From an uncultured Gemmatimonadales bacterium (lineage in GTDB: Bacteria; Gemmatimonadota; Gemmatimonadetes; Gemmatimonadales; GWC2-71-9), in contig CAVXLC010000002.1 in NCBI GenBank assembly GCA_963762545.1, positions 1,275,629 through 1,339,628 on the forward strand: a stretch of DNA of 64,000 bases, in the 5' to 3' direction. Numbering within the stretch: the first letter of the stretch is position 1; each line of letters begins with the position of its first letter. Below the pieces are notes generated by a model. That model was not told the DNA's origin, did no database searches, and saw only the letters and a list, made by a program, of their open reading frames with translations. Both the position numbers and the translations under genes were made by a program. Shown here piece after piece: positions 36,909 through 45,177 of this stretch.

Positions 36909-38011
36909 TCCACTTCCTGGTCTCCGCCGCCTACGCCTTCACGGTCGACGAGTACCTCGCGGTCGACCGGCCGGCCATCGCCGCCCGATTCCGGGTGCTC
37001 CACTACGAGACCCTCCCGTCGCTGACCCAGTTTCCCCGCGGCACCTACGTGCTGGCGGGGCTCGATCAGCTCAACGCCGCGCAACTCTCCCTGGTGACCG
37101 AGCTCCATGCGCGGCTGGCCGCGACCCATGGCGTCCGCATTCTCAACCACCCCGCGCGGTCCCTCCGCCGCTTCGACCTGCTGCACACCCTCCACGCCCG
37201 GGGCCGCAACGACTTCCGCGCCGTTCGGGCCGGCTCGAGCCTCGCCGGCCTCCGCTATCCGGTGTTCCTGCGCGGGGAGCGGTCGCACAATGGCGCGATC
37301 TCTCCGCTGCTGCATTCCGCGCGCGACGTGGAACGGGCCATCGGCCTGGCGCTGGTCCGGGGTCACGCCTTCGACGACCTGCTGGTGGTGGAATTTTGTT
37401 CGACGCGGTGCCCCGATGGACTCTTCCGGAAGTACTCGGCCTTCATCGTGGGCGACCGGGTCCAGGGCCGGTGCCTGGAACACGGCACCCACTGGATGCT
37501 CAAGTTCGAGAGCGCGCGTTTCACCCGGCCCCTGGTGCTGGAGGAGCACGACTACGTCTTCGGCAATCCGCATCAGCGCGAGCTGGCCGAGATCTTCGCC
37601 ATCGCGGGAGTGCAGTACGGCCGGATCGACTATTCGATGAAGGATGGGCGGGTGCAGACCTGGGAGATCAATCTCAACGCCACGATCGGGCGCGGATTTG
37701 ACCCGGAGAAAGGGGCCGGGCCTCGGGAGGTCTGGCCCATGCGCGACGAGACGCGGGAGTGCTTCTTCGATCGGTTCAAGGACGCCTGGGAGGCGGTGGA
37801 CCGGGAGACCGATTCGGGGCCGCCGGTGGCGGTCACCTTCCGCCCCGAGACCATCGAGGCCGCCTCCCGGCCCGAGTCGCCCCGCGGACGGCCCCTGGAG
37901 TGGGCCCAGGCCCTGCTCCGGCCGTTCAAGCGGTGGATCGCCCCGATCGCGGGGCCATTCCTGCGAATGGTGGGGGTGGCGACTCGGCTGGCGCAGCGGT
38001 CCCGGGGCTAG
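36905..38011 (+). CDS. Divergent ATP-grasp-fold protein (hypothetical amidoligase)
   Basis: GTG at 36905 overlaps the transporter's TGA (GTGA). ATP-grasp-like blocks are YPVFLRGERSHNG (in place of the K..G loop), LLVVEFCS...GLFRKYSAFIVGDRV, and GRIDYSMKDGRVQTWEINLNATI (the E-x-N metal site). The assignment comes from motif resemblance only. Confidence 0.5.
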   Translation: MIHFLVSAAYAFTVDEYLAVDRPAIAARFRVLHYETLPSLTQFPRGTYVLAGLDQLNAAQLSLVTELHARLAATHGVRILNHPARSLRRFDLLHTLHARGRNDFRAVRAGSSLAGLRYPVFLRGERSHNGAISPLLHSARDVERAIGLALVRGHAFDDLLVVEFCSTRCPDGLFRKYSAFIVGDRVQGRCLEHGTHWMLKFESARFTRPLVLEEHDYVFGNPHQRELAEIFAIAGVQYGRIDYSMKDGRVQTWEINLNATIGRGFDPEKGAGPREVWPMRDETRECFFDRFKDAWEAVDRETDSGPPVAVTFRPETIEAASRPESPRGRPLEWAQALLRPFKRWIAPIAGPFLRMVGVATRLAQRSRG

Positions 38012-38017
38012 GCCGAG

Positions 38018-38404
38018 CTACCGGGTCAGCGGTTCGGTGTCGGGGTCCGGCGGCACCGGAACGTTGGCGGGACGCGGAGTGGCTGGACCGACCCGCTTGA
38101 GGGTGATGGCGTCGGTCAGGTCCCCGCCGGAGAGGGTCAGCCGCTCTCCTTTCAGCTTCAGCTGATAGGTCTCCCACTCGCCGCCCAGGGCAATCATGAT
38201 CTGACCTGGTTTGAGTCTCCAGCGAACTGTCTCTTTTCCCCAGGAAGCGCTGGAATCGGAACGGATCATGACCGTCTTCGGTCCGTCCCCCTTCACTTTA
38301 CCCTTCTCCAGTTGCCAGAGCCCCGACAGCGTCGCGCCTGACGGCTGCTGAGCCGGCACCGGACGGAAAATGGCCAGGACCAGAAGAACCGGGATCAATC
38401 GCAT
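38018..38404 (-). CDS. Small secreted protein (hypothetical)
   Basis: C-terminal 128 codons of shadow ORF 38018..39970. ATG at 38404. It has signal peptide MRLIPVLLVLAIFRPVPAQQ and a Lys/Gly-rich beta-type body. Confidence 0.5.
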   Translation of the reverse strand: MRLIPVLLVLAIFRPVPAQQPSGATLSGLWQLEKGKVKGDGPKTVMIRSDSSASWGKETVRWRLKPGQIMIALGGEWETYQLKLKGERLTLSGGDLTDAITLKRVGPATPRPANVPVPPDPDTEPLTR

Positions 38405-38434
38405 GACCGACAATCTAACGGGAATCACGACCGG

Positions 38435-40054
38435 ATGACCGTGAACGCGTGGGTCCGGGAACCTGCTTCGTCCGACACGGCGTTCGCGGTTGACGGCCCC
38501 TGGGTCCGGGGCGACATTCCGTCGATCATGCCCCCACGCCTCACCGCTCCGACATCGCTCCTGGACCTCCTGCACTCGATTCCCGGCGATCGCATCGCGG
38601 TGATCGATCCGGAGCAGCACGTCCGGCTCACCTACGACGCGCTCCGGCGGCAGGTGCAGTCGGTCGCGGAAGCGCTGGCCGGCGCCGGCATCGGGCGTGG
38701 CGACCGGGTCGGCATGGCGCTCCCCAACGGGATTCCGACCATCGTGTCGTTTCTGGCCGCCTCCGTGGCCGGGACGGCGGCGCCGCTCAATCCCGGATAC
38801 AAGGAAGAGGAGTTCCGCTTCTACCTCGAGGACACCAACGCGCGGCTGCTGCTGCTCCCTCCCGAAGGCGCCGCCGAGGCCCGGCGCGCCGCGGCCGGCC
38901 GGGTGCCGGTGCTGGCGGTCGAGATGGACGCCGCGGGCACGGTCCGCCTCGCCGGCGCGGGACCGGGGCGGCCCGTCGAGCCGCCCACCGTGGACGACGT
39001 CGCGCTGATCCTCCACACCAGCGGCAGTACCGGCCGGCCCAAACGGGTTCCCCTGAGTCACGCCAACCTGTCCATCTCGGCGGGGAACGTGGCCCGGAGC
39101 TACGCGCTGACCGAGGCCGACGTCTCGCTCTGCGTGATGCCGCTCTTTCACGTGCACGGGCTGGTCGCCTCGACGCTGGCGACCTTCGCCACCGGCGGCA
39201 CCGTGGTGGTGCCGGGCAAGTTCAATCCCCTCTCCTTCTGGCGCGTCGTCCGGGACCATGGAGTCACCTGGTACTCGGCGGTGCCCACGCTGCATCAGCT
39301 CCTCCTGGCCCGGGCCGCGAAGGGCCACGGGGCCGCGCGGCCGGAGGGCGCCGAAAACCTCCGCTTCATCCGGTCGTGCAGCGCGTCGCTCCCGCCGCAG
39401 GTGATGCACGATCTCGAGGCGGCGTTCGGCGCTCCGGTGCTCGAGGCCTACGGCATGACCGAGGCCGCCCACCAGATGGCGTCCAATCCCCTGCCTCCCG
39501 GCATCCGCCTGCCCGGGTCGGTCGGCCGGGGCACCGACGTGCGCATCGGCATCATGGACGAGCGGGGCCGGCACCTGCCTACCGGTGAGCGGGGCGAGGT
39601 GGTGATCCAGGGGCCCAACGTCATCCGGGGCTATGAGAACAATCCGGAGGCCAACGCGACCTCCTTCGTGGACGGCTGGTTCCGCACCGGCGACCAGGGA
39701 TTCCTGAATCCCGACGGCTATCTGACCCTGGTGGGCCGGCTCAAGGAGCTGATCAACCGGGGCGGCGAGAAGATCTCCCCCCGGGAAATCGACGAGGTGC
39801 TGCTGGGACATCCGGCCATCGCCGAGGCGGTGTGCTTCGGCGTGCCCCATCCGACCTGGGGGGAAGAGGTATCCGCCGCGGTCGTGCTCCACGGCGACGC
39901 GACCGAGGCCGAGCTGCTGGGCTATTGCCGCGAGCGCCTGGCCGACTACAAGCGTCCCAAGCAGATTCACATCACGGACGCGATTCCCCGGACCGCAACC
40001 GGCAAGATTCAGCGGCGCGTCGTCGCGCAGGCGTTCGGCCCCAAGGGTTCGTGA
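38435..40054 (+). CDS. AMP-forming acyl-CoA ligase, AAE3/Pcs60-like (probable oxalate--CoA ligase)
   Basis: 539 aa: LILHTSGSTGRPKRVPLSH.NL; LCVMPLFHVHGL; LRFIRSCSASLPP; AFGAPVLEAYGMTEAAHQM.SNPLPP; IQGPNVIRGYENNPEAN; WFRTGDQG; LVGRLKELINRGGEKISPREIDEVLL.HP; TATGKIQRR. The true start may be the ATG at 38528 (MPPRL...). Confidence 0.8.
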   Translation: MTVNAWVREPASSDTAFAVDGPWVRGDIPSIMPPRLTAPTSLLDLLHSIPGDRIAVIDPEQHVRLTYDALRRQVQSVAEALAGAGIGRGDRVGMALPNGIPTIVSFLAASVAGTAAPLNPGYKEEEFRFYLEDTNARLLLLPPEGAAEARRAAAGRVPVLAVEMDAAGTVRLAGAGPGRPVEPPTVDDVALILHTSGSTGRPKRVPLSHANLSISAGNVARSYALTEADVSLCVMPLFHVHGLVASTLATFATGGTVVVPGKFNPLSFWRVVRDHGVTWYSAVPTLHQLLLARAAKGHGAARPEGAENLRFIRSCSASLPPQVMHDLEAAFGAPVLEAYGMTEAAHQMASNPLPPGIRLPGSVGRGTDVRIGIMDERGRHLPTGERGEVVIQGPNVIRGYENNPEANATSFVDGWFRTGDQGFLNPDGYLTLVGRLKELINRGGEKISPREIDEVLLGHPAIAEAVCFGVPHPTWGEEVSAAVVLHGDATEAELLGYCRERLADYKRPKQIHITDAIPRTATGKIQRRVVAQAFGPKGS

Positions 40055-41034
40055 GGATCGTCATCGCGGGCGCCGGTGCGATCGGCGGCTACATCGGAGC
40101 GAAACTCACCCGGGCCGGCGCCGACGTGGTGCTCCACGCGCGGGGCCCCCACCTCGCGGCGATGCAGGAGCGCGGGCTCCGGGTCACCAGCCCCGAGGGA
40201 GACTTCGAAGTCCGCCCCAGGGTCACCGCCGACCTGGCCTCGCTCGGCCCGGCCGACGTGGTGTTCCTCGGCGTCAAGGCCCACAGCCTGACGGCGCTGG
40301 CACCCTCGCTGCGGCCGCTGTTCGGCCCCGACACCGTGGTGGTCAGCACCCAGAACGGCGTGCCGTGGTGGTACTTCCAGGGATCCGGCGGCGAGCTGGA
40401 CGGGCTCGTTCTGGCGCGGGTGGATCCGGGCGGGGTGATCGCCGCGGCCATCGAGCCGCGGCGGGTGGTAGGATCGCTGGCGTATTTTTCGACCGACCTG
40501 GCGGCTCCCGGGGTCATCCACCATACCGAGGGCAACCGGATCAGTCTGGGCGAGCCCGGCGGAGAGCGCTCGGAGCGGGTCCGGCGGATTGCGGCGGCGC
40601 TGATCGCCGCAGGGCTCCGGGCACCCGCCACCACTCGCATCCGGCATGAGATCTGGGTCAAATTGCTGGGGAACGTCGCGTTCAATCCGATCAGCGCGCT
40701 GACCGGGGCCACCCTCGAGGAGATGGTGCGCCATCCCGAGGTCGCCGGCGTGGTGCGGGCGGTGATGACCGAAACCGAGGGCGTGGCCGCCCGGCTCGGC
40801 ATCGAGCTGCCGATCTCGATGGACCAGCGGATGGCCGGCGCCGAAAAGGTGGGCGCCCACAAGACGTCAATGCTGCAGGACCACGAGGCCGGACGGCCGA
40901 TGGAAATCGAGGCGGTGGTGGGCGCGGTGGTCGAACTGGGCGATCGACTGGGGGTGGCCATGCCGGCAACGCGAACGGTGTATGGATGCGTCAAGCTCCT
41001 CGACCAGCATCGCGATCGGCGGGGGCGGACATGA
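40051..41034 (+). CDS. 2-dehydropantoate 2-reductase (PanE/ApbA) family oxidoreductase; candidate oxalyl-CoA reductase
   Basis: GTG at 40051 (GTGA overlap). Sequence: RIVIAGAGAIGGYIGAKL.RAGADV (Rossmann motif); VFLGVKAH.L; STQNGV.WWYF; IW.KLLGN.AFNPISALT; TSMLQD.E.GRP.EI.. Confidence 0.8.
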   Translation: MRIVIAGAGAIGGYIGAKLTRAGADVVLHARGPHLAAMQERGLRVTSPEGDFEVRPRVTADLASLGPADVVFLGVKAHSLTALAPSLRPLFGPDTVVVSTQNGVPWWYFQGSGGELDGLVLARVDPGGVIAAAIEPRRVVGSLAYFSTDLAAPGVIHHTEGNRISLGEPGGERSERVRRIAAALIAAGLRAPATTRIRHEIWVKLLGNVAFNPISALTGATLEEMVRHPEVAGVVRAVMTETEGVAARLGIELPISMDQRMAGAEKVGAHKTSMLQDHEAGRPMEIEAVVGAVVELGDRLGVAMPATRTVYGCVKLLDQHRDRRGRT

Positions 41035-42269
41035 GAGTCTACAACAAGTGGTTCCAGCTCGTCGCGGCGCTGATCTGCATGATCATGATCGCGAATCTGC
41101 AGTATGCCTGGACCCTGTTCGTCAAACCGCTCCAGACCGGCACCAGCTGGAAGCTGTCCGACATTCAGTTCGCCTTCACGCTGTTCATTCTGTTTCAGAC
41201 CTGGGTGCAGCCGTTCGACGGCTGGCTCATCGACAAACTGGGTCCCCGCGGCTTCATCAGCGCCGCGGGCCTGCTGTGCGGCTTCGGCTGGGCGGGCATG
41301 GGATACGCGACCTCGCTCCCGGCGCTCTATGCCCTCTACTGCGTGGCCGGTACCGGCGCGGCCTTCGTGTACAGCGCGTCGATGGGTTCGGCGCTCAAGT
41401 GGTTCAAGGGGCGCCGCGGACTGGCCTCGGGCATCATGGCGGCGGGATTCGGCGGCGGCACCGCGCTCTTCATTCCGCTGATCTCCTCCCTCATCGCGCA
41501 CAGCGGATACCGCGCCGCCTTCGTCTCGACCGGCCTGGTGCAGGGGCTGGTGATCCTCCTGGTGGCGCAATTCCTGAGGCACCCCGACGCCGAGGCCGAG
41601 ACGGTCCCCGCGCCGGGCGCGGCGCCGGTGCCCCAGGGGCGGAAGCAGCTCACCACGCCCGAAATGCTGCGCACCCCGCGCTTCTACATGATGTACGCGA
41701 TGTTCGTGCTCATGGCCACCGGCGGACTCCTGGTCACCGCCAGCGCGGGCCCCATCGCCCGGTCGTGGGGCTTGACGGCGGGGGCGCTCACCATCGCCGC
41801 CACCCTGAGCCCGGTCGCCAACGGCACCAGCAGAATCTTCTGGGGCTGGGTGTCGGACCGGATCGGCCGGGAGACGGCCATGTTCGTCGCCTTCCTGCTC
41901 CAGGCCGCCTGTCTCTGCATGGTGGTGCTCGTCGGCGAGCGCTCCGGCACCTGGTTCGCCGCGACGCTGGTGCTGGTCTACTTCACCTGGGGCGAGATCT
42001 TCTCGCTCTTCCCCAGCGCGGTCGCCGATTACTTCGGCACCCGGAACGCCACCTCGAACTACGCCATACTGTACACCGCCAAGGGGCTCGCCTCGATCAT
42101 CGGCGCGTGGTTCGGCGCCTTCCTGTACGAACAGACCGGGACCTGGTCGTTCGGATTCATCGGCAGCGCGATCATGGCCCTGGCGGCGGCATTCCTCGCC
42201 CTCCGGCTCCGTGGATCGGTGCGGCGGAGCCGCGGGCTGGCCATTCCGGTCCCGGCCGAGGTGAAGTAG
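41031..42269 (+). CDS. MFS transporter, oxalate/formate antiporter (OFA/OxlT) family
   Basis: ATG at 41031 (ATGA overlap). The N-terminus NKWFQLVAALICMIMIANLQYAWTLFVKPL parallels OxlT (..RWFYLV...L.MCMISGVQYSWTL...P.). It has 12 predicted TM helices. Confidence 0.8.
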   Translation: MRVYNKWFQLVAALICMIMIANLQYAWTLFVKPLQTGTSWKLSDIQFAFTLFILFQTWVQPFDGWLIDKLGPRGFISAAGLLCGFGWAGMGYATSLPALYALYCVAGTGAAFVYSASMGSALKWFKGRRGLASGIMAAGFGGGTALFIPLISSLIAHSGYRAAFVSTGLVQGLVILLVAQFLRHPDAEAETVPAPGAAPVPQGRKQLTTPEMLRTPRFYMMYAMFVLMATGGLLVTASAGPIARSWGLTAGALTIAATLSPVANGTSRIFWGWVSDRIGRETAMFVAFLLQAACLCMVVLVGERSGTWFAATLVLVYFTWGEIFSLFPSAVADYFGTRNATSNYAILYTAKGLASIIGAWFGAFLYEQTGTWSFGFIGSAIMALAAAFLALRLRGSVRRSRGLAIPVPAEVK

Positions 42270-42273
42270 GCCG

Positions 42274-43098
42274 TTGACCCTCGAGCCCCTGGCGCTGGCC
42301 CGGGAGCTGGTCGCCGCCCGGGCCGCTCGCGCAATCCTCGCGGTTCCCCCATCCGCCCGAGATCCGGCCTTCGACCTCCCGGCCGCCTACGCCGTCGAGG
42401 CGGAGCTGGTGCGGCTTCGCCGCGCCGATGGCGCCCGGACCGCCGGACGCAAGGTCGGCTTCGCCAGCCGCGCGCTCTGGCGGAAGTTCAAGCTCGACTC
42501 GGTCCTCTGGGCCCGCATGTACCACGACACGGTGCATCACGCGGCCAACGGGGCCGCGACGTTGAGTCTGGGCGGGATGATCGCGCCCAAGATCGAGCCG
42601 GAGATCATCTTCCGGCTCGCGCGAGCTCCCCGGGGAGACCTCACCGATCCCGCCGTCGTGCTCGAGGCCGTGGAATGGCTGGCGCTCGGATTCGAGGTGG
42701 TCGATTGCCCCTTCCCGGACTGGCGGTTTCAGCCGGCCGACTTTGTCGCCGCGTTCGGGCTGCACGCCGCGTTGATCGTGGGTGAGCCCATGCCGGTAAA
42801 GCCGGACACGATCCCGTCTCTCGTCGCCCGGCTGGCCACGGCCCCGGTCCGGTTGCTCCGGGACGGGCGGCTGGTTGCGGAGGGCAGCGGCGCCAACGTG
42901 CTCGGGAGCCCGGCGCTCTGCCTGGGTGAGCTGGCCGCGGGAATCGCCCGGCAGCCTGGCGCCGAGCCGCTCGCCGCCGGCGAGCTGATCGCCACCGGGG
43001 CCATGACGGACAATCAGTTCCTCGCGCCCGGGGAATCGTGGACCGCGTCGGTGGCCGGCCTCGGCGTGCCGGACCTGACGCTTCACACCACGGCCTGA
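42274..43098 (+). CDS. MhpD/HpcG-like hydratase-decarboxylase (FAH-fold) family protein
   Basis: TTG start at 42274. 274 aa: AYAVEAELVRLR...G....G.KVGF.S.A....F.LD..LWA.MY; EPEI.F; G.ELI.TGA.T. It resembles 2-keto-4-pentenoate hydratase-type proteins. The substrate is unknown. Confidence 0.65.
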   Translation: MTLEPLALARELVAARAARAILAVPPSARDPAFDLPAAYAVEAELVRLRRADGARTAGRKVGFASRALWRKFKLDSVLWARMYHDTVHHAANGAATLSLGGMIAPKIEPEIIFRLARAPRGDLTDPAVVLEAVEWLALGFEVVDCPFPDWRFQPADFVAAFGLHAALIVGEPMPVKPDTIPSLVARLATAPVRLLRDGRLVAEGSGANVLGSPALCLGELAAGIARQPGAEPLAAGELIATGAMTDNQFLAPGESWTASVAGLGVPDLTLHTTA

Positions 43099-44969
43099 TG
43101 CCGGCTGCCCTGGAGCTCCGGCGCGGCCTGGCCACCGAATACCCGGACATCCTCACTCCCGAGTCGCTCCGCGCCCTCGACGCGCTGGCGCCGCTGGACC
43201 GGCACCGGAAAGCCCTCATGCGCGCCCGCATCGAGCGCCGCGCTGCCCGCTTCCGGGAGCGCCGGCCGATCGGGTTCCTCGACCCCGACGAGAAAATTCC
43301 GGGAACCGGCATCCTGGTTCGAGACGCCCGGGCCGGCCGCTTTACCGGGAGCGCCATTCCCCGCGATCTCACCCGGCAATGGATTCAGGGCACCGGGCCG
43401 GCCACCCGCCCCGGTGCTCCCATCGCACAGGGTCTCCGCAACGCGGCCTACGCGCTGCTCTCCGGCGCCGACGGCTGGATGTTCGATGGAGAGGACGCCC
43501 TGGGCCAGGTGTCCGCCATGTCGCTGGACAACCTGCGCAACCTGCGGCTGGCCATTCATCGTGATCGGGTGTTCCTCGACGTGGCCGAAGCGGTGGCCCT
43601 GGAGATGAATCGGTGGGCCCGGGGCTTCCTGGGCCGGACCATCATCGAGAGCTGGAGGGACCAGCTCGGCGTCACGACGACGCTCTACCGGCCCCGCGGG
43701 CTCCACCTGGACGATCGCCACCTGCGCCACGCCGACGGCACCGGATTCTCGGCGTCCATCGTCGACGCCACCCTCTACGTGGCCAACAATCACCGGCGCC
43801 TGTCGGACACCGGCGCCTCACTGGCGCTCTATCTCCCCAAGATCCAGACCGCGGAGGAAGCCGCGCTCTGGCACGAGCTGCTCACCGCGCTGGAGCGGCA
43901 GCTGGGTCTCGCGCCGGGCGGCATCAAGGTCTACGTGCTGGTCGAGCAGCTGGAGGCATGTTTCCAGCTCATGGAAATCCGGGCGGTCCTCGGCGAGCGC
44001 TTTCTCGGCTTCAATACCGGCCGCTGGGACTACATCAACAGCGTCTCCGACGCTCTGGCCTGGGACCCCGAGTTCGTCAATCCGAACATCGACGCCATCA
44101 CCATGACGTACGGCTACATGCGGAACTACGAAGACCGGGTGCGCCGCGCGGTGAATACCCCGGACCGGCTCGGGCGCTCCGCGCTCTGGCAGGGCGGCAT
44201 GGAGCCCAACATTCCGGTGGGATCGGCGGAAGGCGTACGCCACGGGATGGAGCGCGCGGTGGCGGGCGCGGAGCGCGAGCAGCGCGAAGGCGCCAGCGGG
44301 AAGTGGGTCGCGCACTGGAAGATGGTGCACATCGTCCGCCCGGTGTGGGAGCGGGCCGGCCGGGACAACCAGGCGGGACGGTCCTTCCCTCCCCTCACCT
44401 ACACCGCCGCCGATGCCGATGGCCTGAGACTCCTGGAACCGGCGCCGCGCACCGTCCGGGGCGCCCGGGATCTCCTGAGCGTGGCCCTGCAATACGGCAA
44501 TGCGTTCGGGCAGGGCCTCCAGGCGGTGGCGCTCAAACCGGCCGACTGCTTCGGGAACGACGACGTGCTGTACCTGATGGAAGACATGGCCACCGGGGAG
44601 ATCCGGCTCAGCATTCTCTGGGAATGGATCCACAAGGCCGCCTCGCTGACCGAGGCCGAGGGGTCCGAGGCCGCCGAGCGGTTCACTGCGGAGCGATGCG
44701 CCCGGCTGCTGGAGGAGGAATACGACAAGCTGCTGCGCGCCGGCGACCGGGACGTGCACGCCGGCTCCAAGAGCACCACGCTGCCCATCGCCCGGGAGAT
44801 CGTCGCGACCTACCTGGCCGCCCCGGCCAAGCTCCCCTGGTACATCGACCTGCTCAACATCACCCTGGGCAGCCCCGACCTGGCGGAGGCCCGCCGCCGC
44901 ATTCGCCGGCTGACCGAGACGTTCGCCCGGGACGGCACCCGGATCACCGAGAACCTCGATTTCGCCTGA
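43098..44969 (+). CDS. Malate synthase-family enzyme (623 aa)
   Basis: ATG at 43098 shares one base with the upstream TGA (TGATG). Sequence: LYLPKIQTAEEAALW; IKVYVLVEQLEA.FQLMEI; GFNTGRWDYINS; LYLMEDMATGEIRLSILWEW. These are the malate synthase catalytic blocks. Confidence 0.85.
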   Translation: MPAALELRRGLATEYPDILTPESLRALDALAPLDRHRKALMRARIERRAARFRERRPIGFLDPDEKIPGTGILVRDARAGRFTGSAIPRDLTRQWIQGTGPATRPGAPIAQGLRNAAYALLSGADGWMFDGEDALGQVSAMSLDNLRNLRLAIHRDRVFLDVAEAVALEMNRWARGFLGRTIIESWRDQLGVTTTLYRPRGLHLDDRHLRHADGTGFSASIVDATLYVANNHRRLSDTGASLALYLPKIQTAEEAALWHELLTALERQLGLAPGGIKVYVLVEQLEACFQLMEIRAVLGERFLGFNTGRWDYINSVSDALAWDPEFVNPNIDAITMTYGYMRNYEDRVRRAVNTPDRLGRSALWQGGMEPNIPVGSAEGVRHGMERAVAGAEREQREGASGKWVAHWKMVHIVRPVWERAGRDNQAGRSFPPLTYTAADADGLRLLEPAPRTVRGARDLLSVALQYGNAFGQGLQAVALKPADCFGNDDVLYLMEDMATGEIRLSILWEWIHKAASLTEAEGSEAAERFTAERCARLLEEEYDKLLRAGDRDVHAGSKSTTLPIAREIVATYLAAPAKLPWYIDLLNITLGSPDLAEARRRIRRLTETFARDGTRITENLDFA

Positions 44970-44987
44970 AAAACCCGCTGGACCCCC

Positions 44988-45177
44988 AGAATTCGGGCAT
45001 TTTCGGCAATATTCGGCGAATACCGCTCGAATTCCGTCGAAGCTGTCGCGAAATCAGTCCAATGCCGTCGAAATTGCGCGAAATGCCGCCAATTCGTCGC
45101 GAATCTGCGTGAAACAGCGCGAAATTCTCTGAATTCGCGCCAATTCTGGCCGAAAATTGGCGAAACGGGGAAAAATG
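44988..45177. repeat. Degenerate tandem array of about 19 units of about 10 bp (consensus near GAAATnGCGC) with helically phased A/T clusters
   Basis: It is visible directly in the 10-nt print blocks: attcgggcat tttcggcaat attcggcgaa taccgctcga attccgtcga agctgtcgcg aaatcagtcc aatgccgtcg aaattgcgcg aaatgccgcc aattcgtcgc gaatctgcgt gaaacagcgc gaaattctct gaattcgcgc caattctggc cgaaaattgg cgaaacgggg aaaaatgagc. The A/T cluster stays at the block start for 190 bp. Confidence 0.85.

Noticed and set aside
44970-45000. Terminator for malate synthase (CCCGCTGG..CCAGAATTCGGG followed by CATTTTCGG)
   Set aside because: It is only a split 4+4-bp stem with an asymmetric internal loop and a short interrupted T-run. 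It is not convincing enough to list as a feature.
44988-45177. CRISPR array, or coding sequence, across the periodic region (ORFs 43613..45112 plus strand and 44810..45562 minus strand)
   Set aside because: The units are only about 10 bp, with no repeat-spacer alternation and no cas genes. The crossing ORFs are tails of shadow frames with periodic nonsense peptides and overlap the malate synthase and LVIVD genes. The region is kept as a non-coding repeat.
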